A stretch of DNA of 56,926 nt from Saprolegnia diclina VS20. Its lineage: Eukaryota. Position 1 is the first letter of the stretch; each line of letters starts with the position of its first letter. Both the position numbers and the translations under genes were made by a program. The DNA is taken from assembly GCF_000281045.1 (NCBI RefSeq), contig NW_008246085.1, positions 681,205-738,130 of the forward strand, read 5' to 3'. Shown here in pieces: positions 1-11,919 of the stretch. The notes beneath the pieces were generated by a model, which saw nothing but the letters and a program-made list of their open reading frames with translations, searched no databases and had not been told where the DNA came from.

Positions 1-701
1 GCTGTCGTTGGGTCCACTGTAGTCGGGCTTGTTGTCGCAGGTGAAGCACTTGTCTGCACTGGCGCCGGTGTCGGGGTCACTGTTGGCGGGCTCGGCGGTA
101 GCATTACAGTTGTGCCTGGGACGCTTGTTGCTGGCGTTGATGCAATGGTTGTTGATGGCGGCTTAAGTGTAACGGGAGGCTTCGACGTTGTCTTTAGCGG
201 TATCGGCGTCCGGGGCTTTACCGTCGCTGGACTCGGCTTGGGCGTAGGACTTGGCACTTGTGTTGGCACGCTGGAAGCTGTCGCCACCGGTGTCGTCGAG
301 GCGCTGGGCCCGGGCGTAGCACTTGGCTCTTGTGTCGGCATGCTCGAAGCAGTTGCTACTGGCGCCGTCGTAGTAGGAGGTTCTGTTGTTGGTGGAAGCG
401 TCATCTCGTTCGGGTCGCCCACTTGCGTCGTGACGCAGGCCGTTGAGTTCGGGTCGCACATTAGGACGACCGAGCCACCCGGGTACTGCGCGGTCCATCC
501 ATCGAAGCATGCGGGGTTCTCGATTATAGGCACATCAAGCTGCATGTAGCAGCAGTAGGACGTATCTCCGGCATCGTTGACCACGTACACGCAGTAGTTG
601 AACTCTGTCACGTCTACTGGCCTCGGGCTAGGACTCGTGAACTGAAGCCGCCGCGTGCCCGCCGCCGCGCCAATCATCACAAGCAGCAGAGACCACAGCA
701 T
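1..701 (-). CDS. Secreted Cys-rich + Pro/Thr/Ser mucin-like protein (3' end runs off window)
   Basis: ATG at 701 reads MLWSLLLVMIGAAAGTRRLQ... (signal peptide), then a Cys-rich domain (YCVYVVNDAGDTSYCC...CFDGW...MC) and a long PTS-rich tail with an internal repeat VATASS[MV]PTQxPSxTPxPS. Open to base 1. Absent from the ORF track because it has no stop in the window. Confidence 0.8.
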   Translation of the reverse strand, partial: MLWSLLLVMIGAAAGTRRLQFTSPSPRPVDVTEFNYCVYVVNDAGDTSYCCYMQLDVPIIENPACFDGWTAQYPGGSVVLMCDPNSTACVTTQVGDPNEMTLPPTTEPPTTTAPVATASSMPTQEPSATPGPSASTTPVATASSVPTQVPSPTPKPSPATVKPRTPIPLKTTSKPPVTLKPPSTTIASTPATSVPGTTVMLPPSPPTVTPTPAPVQTSASPATTSPTTVDPTT

Positions 702-1115
702 CGCAAATCCAAAATGCCAGCGCCCGATCCGGCGCCATCTCGTCGGTGCTGGCCCGCATGAGACCTGCGCAAGGTTCCGTCACCTGATTATCGCACAGCT
801 ATCCGGATAAGGATCGCAAAGTCCGGTTACCAAGGCTCGCAAAGGTGTAATCTCCGGTTGCAAGGCTGATCACGACCGTCCCCATCTACCGACAACTTGA
901 CGCGCACGAGCTTTCTAGAGCCGTACGGTGACTGCAGGTTGCTGCTGCTTGTGCCATGCAACCGAGGCTTCGAGGAGCCAAGGCTCTCCGGAAACGAGCC
1001 GCAGTATCCGTATACACGGAATAATTTACGCTTGTTTTATTAGGCATAATGAAGCGCAGAGAGCAGGTTTTAAATTCAACTCCGGGAAATGGCCTCCGGA
1101 GGTCCGTCGCACCAG

Positions 1116-1130
1116 CCATTCGAGTTTTCG
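1116..1130 (+). promoter_or_regulatory. Oomycete Inr+FPR-like core promoter of MRPL35
   Basis: CCATTCGAGTTTTCG immediately upstream of ATG 1133. Confidence 0.55.
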
Positions 1131-1132
1131 CC

Positions 1133-1485
1133 ATGTCCTTCTTGCGGTAGGCGCGATATGGCGCCCGATGGCAGCTCGCTCATGCTTCCTGTCCTGTAGC
1201 GCTGCCACGTTGACGACGAGCCTTTGGTCGCGTAGCGCTCTCGGCTTTGCCCAGCCGCCCACGATGATGTGCATGCAGGTGCGCGAAATGGGCTACAAGC
1301 TCAAGACAAAGTCGGGCGTCAAGAAGCGCTTCTTCGTCAACAGCAACGGTCACATCAAGCGCGCTGTGGGCGGTAAGCGCCATTTGGCGACGGACAAGAC
1401 GCGCCAGCACATTCGCCGACTGGGCAAGGCCGCGACTGTCCTCGGCAAGATGAAGAAGAACATTCTGGCGATGTTGCGCGTGTAG
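1133..1485 (+). CDS. MRPL35: Mitochondrial ribosomal protein bL35m
   Basis: ATG 1133; intron 1147-1199 (GT..AG) joins in frame to give MSFLRAATL... (presequence-like), then KLKTKSGVKKRF...IKR..GKRHL, the L35 signature. Confidence 0.88.
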
Positions 1486-1541
1486 ATTGTTAGACCTAGG
1501 CACGACGGCGTCGATACTAATACAGCTTTGCGCCCACGTCT

Positions 1542-2199
1542 TTAGACCAAGGCGAGGACCGCAAGCACGACTACGGCTAGATGTGGCGCACACGCAACGC
1601 CGTCGCTGTCCGTCACGCGCGCACTCGTGCCAGCATCACCCGATCGAAGCATGTTGCTTCCTGCAGACGCAAGCAAGCCTAGCAGAAAAAGACATCTCAA
1701 ATTGGTGCTGCGAGCCTGAAGCGCGCTACATACTCGTCGGCGTCGGGCTTGCGGCGACGATGATGGTTGAAGCGTTCGGCGCTGCTGTGGCGTTGCCAGA
1801 TTCCAGCGACACATTGGTGATGCTTGCCGTCGTCGGTGCGCTCGTCGCAGACATTGGCGAGAGGAGTTGAGTCGGCGGGGCGATCCCAAAGCCCGCGCTG
1901 GACAAGATCGTCGGCGACCGTGCGTTCTCAACGAGAAAGAGATCGGTGCCGCCGCACCACATCAAGAGCGTGTTGCTCACGGCGCTGCTAGTAAAGTAGA
2001 AGGGGGTACACCAAGTGGGAAAGCAGTAGGCGGGACGGATTCTCTTGCCGTTGGCCTTGGAGCAGCAATAGCGAGCGTCGTCGTCCCCGCCTTCGTTCTC
2101 GATGAACGCGCACTCGGCGTACGCTGGCTGGGGCTGCCAGGCGTGCGCATGAGCGGCCGAGAGGAGGACGACGAGAGAGCACAGAAGGGAGCGACGCAT
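1542..2199 (-). CDS. Secreted, probably GPI-anchored Cys-rich / Ser-Thr-rich surface protein
   Basis: ATG 2199 MRRSLLCSLVVLLSAAHA (signal peptide), Cys domain, ST-rich stalk. Intron 1733-1679 (GTATGT...TAG) joins in frame to a final exon ending HLAVVVLAVLALV* (hydrophobic tail). Confidence 0.72.
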
Positions 2200-2630
2200 G
2201 TCAAATCGTAAAGTGCGTTCGTCGTAGCTCGACGAGCCGATCGCGCGGCCGACTGAGTCGACGATCTCGGCCAGTTCCATGAATGTTGCCGTCTCCACTC
2301 GCTTCATGAGCTGCCGTGACCGACAGTGAGTCACATGCACCGCACGTCGGGTGCTCATCTCACGATACTTGAGGGCAATCACCTTCTACTAAGACTTTAT
2401 CCTGCGGTCGCATCTCTGCAACACCAAACCTGCAGGTTCCTACGAGATCCACAGACACCTTTGTGATCGCGCCGACCCATAGATGCCTGAGCTCGCATCT
2501 ACCCCGCAGTACTACGCGTACGATCTGCGTCTTCGCTGGCTGCTCAGTGCAAGGCGGGTTGGACGATTGATTGCAATCTGATACAAACGCGGTGTTCTAG
2601 ATCTTAGCGCCTTCAACGTCGACGGACCAG

Positions 2631-2718
2631 CCAATCGCAGCCGCCGATGCGAGAAGACGCCTTCGGATTGGTCACGATCCGCACAACGCCATACGATTGG
2701 CTCACGCGGCTATAAATA
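2631..2718 (+). promoter_or_regulatory. Three CCAAT boxes plus TATAAATA upstream of PTEN
   Basis: ccaatc 2631, gattgg 2666 and 2695, tataaata 2711-2718. Confidence 0.5.
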
Positions 2719-2758
2719 GCTCTCGGGCATTTGGAAGTGCAAGTTGCAGCTTTCAACG

Positions 2759-4517
2759 ATGGAGATCAAGCCGTCGATGCGACACGGGCCGGTGACGGTG
2801 CTGAGTCCGAGCAGCCACACGGGCAGCTTCGGGAGCTCGGCGCCGGCGTCGCCCGCGGGGCTGAAGAAGCCGAGCTCGATGGCCACGTCGCTCTTCTCGC
2901 TCCAGCTCAAGAAGCTCGTGTCGCGCAAGAAGCGGCGGTTCATCGAAGATGGCTTCGACCTCGACATGACGTGTAATGGTGCGTGACCTTGTGGCAGGAG
3001 ACTAAGCCGTCCGTAGATGTGACGTCGCGCCTCATTGCGTTCGGGTACCCGGCGGAGAACCTCGAGGGCATGTACCGCAACCACTACAAGGTACTGGGCA
3101 CTGCGATCTTATTTCACTCACTTTGTTAGGACGTCTTCAACTGCTTTGAGCATCGACACAAAGACCACTACAAGGTCTACAATCTGTACGACAATATAAG
3201 CAGCAAGCAGTTCGGTTCTTAGAGGTCGGTAGGTGCTCGGAGCGTCACTACGACAAGGACAAGTTTCACAACCGAGGTAGACAAATGATCTCATCATCTC
3301 ATCGCAGCGCTGATGGCAGAGTCGCATGGCTAGTCGCCGAGTACCCCTTCGACGACCACAACCCACCGCCGCTGTCGCTGCTCATTCCTGCTTGCCAAGA
3401 CATTGTGCGAGGCGCCAGCGTTGCGCAGGCTCCTGACATACACGTAGTTTGAGTGGCTTGCGCAGCACCCCGATAACGTCGCAGCGATCCACTGCAAAGC
3501 TGGCAAGGTCTGAGACTTGTCGCTTGCCGCCAGAGAGTGCACGCTGTGTGATGTAGGGACGCACCGGCGTCATGATCTGCGCGTACCTCTTGTACAGCTC
3601 GACGTGGCTCACGTCGTACGGCGCCATGGGCTTCTACGGCGGCGCCCGGTCGCTCAACCACCAAGTACACAGCGCTGCTCTTTCGTTATTCCACAGAACT
3701 GATAAAGCCGCAGGGCGTGACGATTCCGAGCCAGCGGCGCTTCATCGAGTACTTTGCCAGTATGTGCCACAAGGACCAGCCGGAAGAAGCCAAGCAAGCC
3801 GAGTTGCACTTGACGCACGCTGACTTTGGGCAACTCTGGGAGAAGCAGTGGCTTACGGACGACCGCACGAGCGACAGCTCCTTCGTACGCTGCTTGCACG
3901 AACGCTTTTCATAGTACTATCCTAGATGTCGTCGGGCCGCATGTCCAACGAGCAGCTCGTGGCGCTGCCCAAAGTGTTCGAGCACCTCGCCCTGCCCAAG
4001 CCCGTCAACTACAAGCTCGTATCGTGCGTTGTCCACGGTCTGTACCCCAAGAAGAAGCCGGGTACGGCCGCAGATAGTACCAACTCGCAAGTCGAAGCGT
4101 TGGCATAGACATGCACGTGTTTGTGCAAGTGGGCTTTGACAAGGCGCTGCAGTACAACATCTCGGTCGCGGGCACGACGCAAGTATCGATGGACGACGCG
4201 TGCGAGAGCATGCAGGTGGACAAGCTACAGGTCGCCTCGCTCACTCGAAGGATCCAGAGGATTCACTGAACCCTCAGATTCTGTGCCCGACGGACCGCCA
4301 AACGCTGCTGTGCGGCGAAGTCAAGGTCGAGCTCCGCAAGCGCCAAGGCGGGAAGCCCCTCGGCCACTTTTGGTTCCACACGTCGTTCCTGGACCCGGCG
4401 CGGCCGCAGCTCACCGTGCAGAAGGCCGACATGGACGTGCTCCTCAAGGACGTCAAGAAGGGCCACAAAAAGTTTGCGGAAAGCATGCACATCGTACTTA
4501 GCATGGCGCCAGCGTAA
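2759..4517 (+). CDS. PTEN: PTEN-like phosphatidylinositol phosphatase with C2 domain (multi-exon)
   Basis: LVSRKKRRFIEDGFDLDMT, IAFGYP, YPFDDHNPP, HCKAGK|GRTG (split by an intron ~3508-3556), GVTIPSQRRFI, and C2-like GEVKVEL...FWFHTSF. Confidence 0.9.
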
Positions 4518-5105
4518 ACCAAGCAGCATCATGTATCGGCGTCGCACCTTCTTTCCATTTCGCCTTCGCTGGCCTTCGAGACCGATCGCGACCATGAGTC
4601 AGTGTCCGGCAGTGTCCGCACAAGTGCAATGTGAGGATTTTGGCGCGAGCCAATGGAATTCCGTCGAAGTTCCTCCCATATGGTGCCACGTGTGGTTGGC
4701 TCGCGGCCGTGAGACCGCTCTTGAAGCGAGAGGGCAAGCCGCCTATCGCCGTCTGCGCCAAGCACGAACGCCCCGCAGATCCTTGCACCGTCGTCCGGTC
4801 GTGTTCGGTTCTTAGTGCGCTTCATGCAGTCGGATTCCTGCAGCGGTGCGCTTCATAGAGGCGGCGAGTCGCCGCACGATCGCGATGGCGGAAGATCCAC
4901 CGCTTGAAGCGCCTGTCGCAGCAGATGCGTCGCCACTCATTCCGCCATCTTGAAGTCCCAAGCGTGACCAACGCTGTTTTAAACATGGCGACTCGTCGCC
5001 GTTTGATTGGCTAAAACACCGGATTCAACGGCACCCGGTGGATCATCCGGATAAAATGGGCCTTCAAGGAGGACATCAAGAAGGCGATCATCGCACGGGC
5101 GACGA

Positions 5106-5121
5106 TCAGTTCTGAATTTCC
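5106..5121 (+). promoter_or_regulatory. Inr+FPR-like core promoter of PRODH
   Basis: TCAGTTCTGAATTTCC 3 nt before the ATG. Confidence 0.6.
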
Positions 5122-5124
5122 GCC

Positions 5125-6765
5125 ATGCTCCGCGCCTCGACCACGCTCCGCCGCGCTGCGCCGCGCCGCGCCCTCTCGACGACGACGACGACGGTCGCCG
5201 TGCCCTCGACGGACGAGCTCAAGGCCAAGCTCAACACCAAGCCCATGACGCTCGACTTCTCCGAGACGCAGCGCATCTTCGCCGCCAAGTCCACGCCGCT
5301 CCTCGCCCGCGCGTACCTCGTCTTCACGACGTGCCAGATCCCGTTCCTCGTCAAGAACAGTATGGGCCTCATCGACGCGTCGTACAAGGTGCTCGGCGAC
5401 AAGGTGACCAACTTTGGCCTCAAGTCGACCTTCTTTGGCCACTTTTGCGCCGGCGAAGACGCGGCCACGATCCAGCCGACGCTGCAGCAGCTCGAGAGCG
5501 CCGGCATCGGCGCGATCCTCGACTACGCCGCCGAGGCCGACGTCGAAGCCGAGAAGAAGACGCCGTTGAACGGCGTCGACGCCAACGAGCTCCAGGCGCG
5601 TACGTACGACTACGCGGACGAAGCCATGTGCGACGCAAACGCCAAGATCGTGTCGCAGGCGATCCGCGACGCGCCCGAGAACGGGTTCGCGGCCGTCAAG
5701 TGCACGGCGCTCGGCAAGCCGGAGCTGCTCCAGCGCATGTCGTCGATCCTCGAAGAGACGCAGTTCCTCTTCCACTCGCTCGACACGACGAACCTCAGCG
5801 ACGCCAAGGAAAGCTACTTGAAGCGTCTCATCGACTGCCCGACGCTCAAGGAAGGCATCAAGCGCTGGGGCGGCAAGTACACGGAAGAGGAGATCGAGAC
5901 GCTCTTCCGCACGCTCGACAAGGAGCAGGACGGCGTCATCGACTACATTGACTGGGTCTCGCTCCTCAACCCGATGGACCTCACGATGGGCCCGCTCACG
6001 CAGTTCCTCAAGGTGGACCCGCTCACGCCCGAGGAGGTCCAGCAGGTGAGCCAGATGATGGCCCGCCTCGAGTCGCTCGCCAACGAAGCGTCGGTGAAGA
6101 AGGTCAAGCTCATGATCGACGCCGAGCAGACGTACATGCAGCCGGCCATCGACCACATTACGCTCAACCTGCAGCGCCGCTACAACACGAACGGCCGCGA
6201 CACGATCTTCAACACGTTCCAGTGCTACCTCAAGTCGGCCTCGGACCGCGTGCTCATCGACCTCGAGCGCGCCAACCGCGAGGGCTTCAAGTTTGCCTGC
6301 AAGCTCGTGCGCGGCGCGTATATGGTGCAGGAGCGCAAGCGCGCCAAGGACTTGGGCTACGAAGACCCGATCCAGCCGTCGATCGAGGCGACGCACGCCA
6401 ACTACAACGCGCTCGTCGAGCTCCTCCTCGTGCACAACCACCGCACGTCGTTCATGGTCGCAAGCCACAACGAAGAGAGCGTCAAGAAGACGGTCGCCAA
6501 CATGGAAGCGCTCAACATCCCGCGCGAGAACGGCGGCGTGTACTTTGGCCAGCTCCTCGGCATGTGCGACCACATCTCGTACACGCTCGGCGCGGAAAAG
6601 TATCAAGTCTTCAAGTATGTGCCGTACGGCCCGGTGAAGGAAGTGCTGCCGTACCTCATTCGCCGCGCGCAGGAGAACTCGACCATGATGAAGGGCGGGT
6701 CGGCCAAGGAGCTCGACCTCCTCACGAAGGAGCTCAAGCGCCGCGTGACGTCCTTTGCGCAGTAA
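5125..6765 (+). CDS. PRODH: Mitochondrial proline dehydrogenase (intronless)
   Basis: Arg-rich presequence, HFCAGE, LDYAAE, MIDAEQTY, NTFQCYLK, KLVRGAYM, ASHN, FGQLLGM, KYVPYGPV..VLPYLIRRAQEN. Confidence 0.95.
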   Translation: MLRASTTLRRAAPRRALSTTTTTVAVPSTDELKAKLNTKPMTLDFSETQRIFAAKSTPLLARAYLVFTTCQIPFLVKNSMGLIDASYKVLGDKVTNFGLKSTFFGHFCAGEDAATIQPTLQQLESAGIGAILDYAAEADVEAEKKTPLNGVDANELQARTYDYADEAMCDANAKIVSQAIRDAPENGFAAVKCTALGKPELLQRMSSILEETQFLFHSLDTTNLSDAKESYLKRLIDCPTLKEGIKRWGGKYTEEEIETLFRTLDKEQDGVIDYIDWVSLLNPMDLTMGPLTQFLKVDPLTPEEVQQVSQMMARLESLANEASVKKVKLMIDAEQTYMQPAIDHITLNLQRRYNTNGRDTIFNTFQCYLKSASDRVLIDLERANREGFKFACKLVRGAYMVQERKRAKDLGYEDPIQPSIEATHANYNALVELLLVHNHRTSFMVASHNEESVKKTVANMEALNIPRENGGVYFGQLLGMCDHISYTLGAEKYQVFKYVPYGPVKEVLPYLIRRAQENSTMMKGGSAKELDLLTKELKRRVTSFAQ

Positions 6766-7092
6766 TAGATAGACGCGTAGACTAGCTTAGATTTAATAGG
6801 AATAACTCGTAATATTTGAAACACTAAGTGCTTAGCGACGCTCAGCGCGTCGACTTCCTCGTCGATGAGCTGCACTCGTAGCTGCCGTCAGAAACTTGCG
6901 CCAGCGCGCGCAGCAGCGATCATCGCACCGTGCCTGGAGCCCACGACGCCGACCTCTCAGAGCGCCTTGACAACTCGAGAGCCAGGCAAGATGACGTGGC
7001 GCCATGCGGTGCACGAGGCAAATGCCACCTTTAGCCGCGACGGAGTCCGGAAGAGCGAAGTATGGCAAATAGGAGGTTGTTGATGGATTATA

Positions 7093-9620
7093 TTAGAGCG
7101 AAGGTGGCGTCGACATGTCGTAGTTGTCGTCGAGGCCCACGTCGCCGTCGTACGTGAAGCCCTGGAAGGTGTACGACATGGTCCGGCACGAGTTGGTGCG
7201 GCCCGAGACGCTACTTCGGGCGCTCGGTGTCACGGCCATGCTGCTGCCGCTCACGTCGTCCATCGCATCTAGGACCGGGAGGCGCGTAAAATCGTCTTCA
7301 AAATTGACGGCATCGAGCGGGTCCGTGTACTGGCATGGCCGGAACTCGGGCTCGACCTCCCGGTTCAGCAGCGCTTCCCACGCCACCTCCTTGAAGAACG
7401 GGTGCACGAGCACCTCGGTGGCGCGCAGCCGCTGCGACGGATCGCGCTCGAGGAGGCCCGCGATGAGGTCCATGGCCTCGACGCTCAGCCCGGCGGGGAA
7501 TTCGAGCGGCGACGACCGGAGTCGCTGGTACAACGTCTCGCGGTCGGTCGTATACCACGGCGGGCGGCCCGTGAGCAGTTCGTAGAGCACCATGCCGAGG
7601 TTCCACCAGTCGACGGCCGTGCCGTGGCCCTTCTTGTTGAGGATCTCGGGCGGGAGGTACTCGGGCGTGCCGCAGAGCGTGTTGGTGCCGTCGAGGCGGC
7701 CCGTGATGCCGGTCTTGGCGAGGCCAAAGTCGGCGAGCTTGACATGGCCGTGGACGTCGAGCATGATGTTTTCGGGCTTGAGGTCGCGGTACACGATACC
7801 TTTTTCGTGCAAGTGAACCAGCGCGAGCGTGATCTCGGCGGCGTAGAAACGCGCGATGGACTCGGGGAAGCACTTGATGCGCGTGAGGTGGAAGAAGAGG
7901 TCGCCGCCGGGGCAGTAGTCCAAGATAAAGTAGAGCTGGTGCGTCGTCTGGAACGCATAGTGCTACACACCACATCAGATTCTGGTGCGAACCACATGAG
8001 ACGTACGAGGCGGACAATGAACGGGTGGTCGATGGACCCGAGCACGCTGCGCTCCGTGCGCGTGTGCTCGACTTGGGACTTCTTGACCACGTCCTGCTTG
8101 GTGAGGATCTTCATCGCGAAGAGCTCGCCCTGCGCCTTCTTGCGCACGAGGAGGACGCGGCCGAACGACCCTTTCCCGATGAACCGCAGCGGCTCGAAGT
8201 CGTCGGTCGTCGGCTTGGCCACGAGCTGCTCGAAGCTCGGGACGCGCTCCAGCTGCAGCCGCGGGTCCGAGTTGGTGCGCTCGAGCTTGGCCTTGGGCTT
8301 GCTCGACTGCTTCCCCGGCTCGGTGCGGTTGAGGAAGAGCGCCGAGATCTTGCTGTTGTGGCTCACGCCGCCGTCGCTCAAGCGCGAGTGGGTGCGCGCC
8401 ATAAAGTCGGCGGCCGTCCGTCGGCTCGAGTGGCCCTGCGACGACTCTTGCAGCATCGCCGCCATGGACGCCGACGGGCGCTGGTCCGGGTCCGAATAGC
8501 TGAACGCGTTGGAGCCGGTCTCGAGCGCAGGCGGCTGGTTCGCATCCTTGGTCAAGAACGTGCGCACAAAGTGCGACATGCCGAGGCGCGGCGCGGTCGT
8601 CGGCCGCGCGGGCGGCACGAGGAGCTCCTTGAGCCACTTTTCGAGGTCCGACTGCCGTTTCCGGAGAAAGAGCGTGTCGAACGACCGCCGAATGCCAAAG
8701 CGGCGCGACGGCAGCGCCGGAATGCGAAAGCCCTATCGCTTCTTAGTCTATAAGAAGTATGACGAGACGGGGTCGCACCTGACTCTTGAGCTGGCTGCTC
8801 AGCTCGCGGAAATCGTGGTATCTTCGGTACACGGTCCAGCGCTTCCCGTTGGCTTGGCACTAGTCTGCTCTGAGATCGTGTGCATATGCAGCGAGCGTGC
8901 GTACCTCGACTTCGAGACGAAAGATGACGTACGGTTGCTTGGTCGACGAGTTCATGTTGGTGCTCCCGGATGCGAGCGAGTGCCCCGAGATGCGCACGAG
9001 CTGGCCTTGCTCGCCCTGCGGGATGTACGCCGTGTCGGGCACGACGGGCGGCAGCGCTGTCGACTTCTGGAAGTTCGTCGACCAAATCTGTTCGTAGTAC
9101 TGGCGCTCTTCCTCGGGCTGCGCCGGCCGCTCTTCCTTGGGCTTCATCGGCGTGTCAAAGATGAGGTCCGGCGTCGCGAGGAGGCTTGACCGGTCGCTGT
9201 TGAAGATGCCGCTGTGCTCGCTGATGAAGCCCGTCATCGATCGCTCGCTGTCAAAGTGCGAGACCATGCTCAGCTCGCTGTGCATCGACATCTCGTTGCT
9301 GTAGTCGTCGTTCATCGAGTCCAAGCTCGCGAGGCTCATGATCGACATACTGCGCGCGAGTGGATCTTCGCCGCCGTTCAAAATCTGGTTCGGGTCATGC
9401 AGCGGCGGCACCCGCGTCGCCGACGTTACCAAGTGGCTCCTACGCAGCAGCCGTCAGCAGCGTCCTCGTCGGCGACGCGTCTTACTCGATGACGTTCGGC
9501 TGCTTCTCCGTGCGCGGCTCGCTGTGGGCCGGGATGCTCTGCGACGCCTTGCGCTTGACGCTGCTACGTTGCATGAGCCGCCGGTCGCAGGCGCAGGAGC
9601 GTGTACCTTTGCTGGGCCAT
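7093..9620 (-). CDS. PX-domain AGC Ser/Thr kinase (SGK/Akt/S6K-like), multi-exon
   Basis: PX-like RISGH...YVIFRLEV...GIPALPSRRF; GKGSFGRV, FAMKIL, YRDLKPEN, DFG, GTPEYLPPE, AGC tail NFEDDF and hydrophobic motif FQGFTY. Probable ATG 9620 via a 43-nt in-frame intron. Confidence 0.88.
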
Positions 9621-10857
9621 GCTCGCTCGCTCGCTCGCGATCACTTCGCGGCGCTGGGAATGTGTGTGTGGCAGCCTCCTAGATCTGGTTATTGGCCAGC
9701 TGGTGTTGCAACTATTGCACCATGGCGGTCGCCAGCGGTGTTATAACGCTGTTAGACACCGGCAAGCGCGCTTTGGACGCGGCTTGGACAGGCGGCGCGC
9801 GTGCATGTCCCGGCGCGACGTCCGTCTTGCCGCGCGGCCATCGCCATCGCCGGCACGCCGCGGCGTTATAACACATTCGGCCTCGTCTTTTACCGCGGCG
9901 CGTGAGAAAAGCCGGGTCTTGTAACACCAGCTGCTTTCTCCTCTCGCTGCGACACGCGGCGTTCGCCAAAGCGCTGCATACAATCTTCGATCGTCGCCAG
10001 AGAGCAGAAGCAACGGCCGAGCTTGGTGGACCGAGGAAGGACCCTTCAGCGAACTGCGCTCGTGCAAGGCGCTGCTCCCAACATGGTCCCACGGCAGGAA
10101 CCCTGTTGACCACCGTATTGAGGCCGCTGGACGAATCCATATTTGCAGTTTGTTGAAGCGGACTGCCATTGACAGAGATGATTGCACACCGCGCTTCAAT
10201 GCTTGGCCGATGCGTTCAACAAGACCCGGGCCTCTCGTCGTACACCCGTAGTTAGTAGTGCACTGGGTCGACGACGACTATACTATCGTGGGTACGCCAA
10301 GAAGTAGCACGGACGCGAGGCCGGCGTCGGTGGCTCGGCGTCACCGACCGCATTCAAATCTCGAACTGTCGACGACCAATGGCGGGGCAGCTTCACGGAT
10401 TGGATTGGCCCATGGAATTATAGAACAGCCAATCAAAGGCAAGTTGTGGGCAGCAAAGTCGCCGACCACCGACCGCTCAGTGCATCGGCAAGCTGCCGCA
10501 GTCGTCCGCCGTACAAGACGCCACTCTAGAAAGCCTGTGAAGACACGCTCCGTTCGGGAAGAAGCACGCCCTTGAGCTTTTCTTGAAGCGCCCAGAACAA
10601 GATTTCCACGACTACTTTGTACCAGTACGAAACGAATTGTGGATCGAGTGCGAACTAGACTCGGTGAACTAGTCTGGTCCAGCTGTCTGGTCCTCTTCTG
10701 GCACCGATAAGAAAGGCCGTTCGTGGTTTCGACGAACCGGATCTTATCTAACGCGTTACTTGGCCGATTCCAATGACGGTTCTATGACGATGAATTTTGG
10801 CCAATCGGATGGGCAGGCGGTCGGTCGACCGCGTGGCAGATTCGATTTGCCAGCGCG

Positions 10858-11919
10858 ATGGTCGACCTCAAGGTGCTCTCGTTCGTGCTGCTCGTGGTCC
10901 AGAACACGCTGCTTGGCATCGTCACCAAGTACTCGCGGGCCACCAAGTACAATGCGACGTCCGCCGTCCTCCTCATCGAGCTCCTCAAACTCGTGCTCTG
11001 CTTCATCATGGTCGTCGTGACCAAAGGCAGCGTCGGCGATGCGCTGCGCAGCATCCGGCTCGAGGTGCTCGGCGACGTCGCGGGCTTCAAGAAGATGGTC
11101 TTCCTCGCGCTCTTGTATGCATTCCAGAACACGGTCGCGCTACTCTCGTACGACCACGTTGACGTTGCCACGTATAACATTGTCTACCAGCTCAAGATCG
11201 TAACCACGGCCTTCTTCATGGTGCTGCTCCTCAAGCGCAGCTTCAACAATGTGCAGTGGATCGCAATGGTGACGCTCATGGTCGGCGTCGCGATCTGCTC
11301 GGCGGCGAAAGGTGCGAGCTCGAGCAAGTCGTCGTCGATGTTTGGCGTCTGCATGGTCGTCGGTCTTGCCGTCAACTCGGGCGTCGCGGCCGCGTACTTT
11401 GAGAAGGTTCTCAAGAGCCACCAGCCGCACAAGACGTTTGCGAACCCGATCGACCCGCTCTGGAAGACCAACATCCAGCTCGCCGCCGTCTCGGTCGCTG
11501 CGACCATGTGCGGCGTCGTGTACGCGGCCACCACGGAGCCGCGCTTTGCCTTCTTCGAGGGCTACAACCCGTTTACGTTTGGCGTTGTCCTCCTCCAGGC
11601 GTTCGGCGGGCTCATCATCGCCGCAGTCGTGCGCTACTCGGACAACATCGTCAAGAACTTTGGCACCGCGCTCTCACTCGTACTGAGCTGCCTCCTCTCC
11701 AACTACCTCTTTTCCGAGACGCCGGCCCCGGTGTTCTACCTCGGTGTCCTCCTCGTCGTCGGCTCGGTCTTTGTCTACGGCGACAAGCGCTTCCACGGTG
11801 CGCCGACGTCGGCGGTGGACGCCAAGCCGGCGCACAGCGTTCAGATCGACGTACACCAGCGCAAGTCGTCGGTGGATGCGGGCGAAGAAGACGCGTTCTT
11901 GAACCAGCGTTCGCGATAA
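10858..11919 (+). CDS. Nucleotide-sugar transporter (SLC35A; UDP-Gal/CMP-Sia family)
   Basis: About 10 hydrophobic segments; ELLKL, LYAFQN, YQLKIVTTA, YFEKVLK, GGLIIAAVVRYSDNIVKNF motifs. Confidence 0.92.
   Translation: MVDLKVLSFVLLVVQNTLLGIVTKYSRATKYNATSAVLLIELLKLVLCFIMVVVTKGSVGDALRSIRLEVLGDVAGFKKMVFLALLYAFQNTVALLSYDHVDVATYNIVYQLKIVTTAFFMVLLLKRSFNNVQWIAMVTLMVGVAICSAAKGASSSKSSSMFGVCMVVGLAVNSGVAAAYFEKVLKSHQPHKTFANPIDPLWKTNIQLAAVSVAATMCGVVYAATTEPRFAFFEGYNPFTFGVVLLQAFGGLIIAAVVRYSDNIVKNFGTALSLVLSCLLSNYLFSETPAPVFYLGVLLVVGSVFVYGDKRFHGAPTSAVDAKPAHSVQIDVHQRKSSVDAGEEDAFLNQRSR

Noticed and set aside
112..549. Gly/Val-rich plus-strand ORF
   Set aside because: Reverse complement of the Pro/Thr-rich secreted gene on the minus strand.
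928..1132. Long N-terminal extension of the L35 ORF
   Set aside because: Non-ATG start in promoter DNA; the spliced model from ATG 1133 behind an Inr/FPR fits better.
5011..6606. 531-aa minus-strand ORF
   Set aside because: Antisense shadow of PRODH; strong GC3 codon bias removes stops on the opposite strand.
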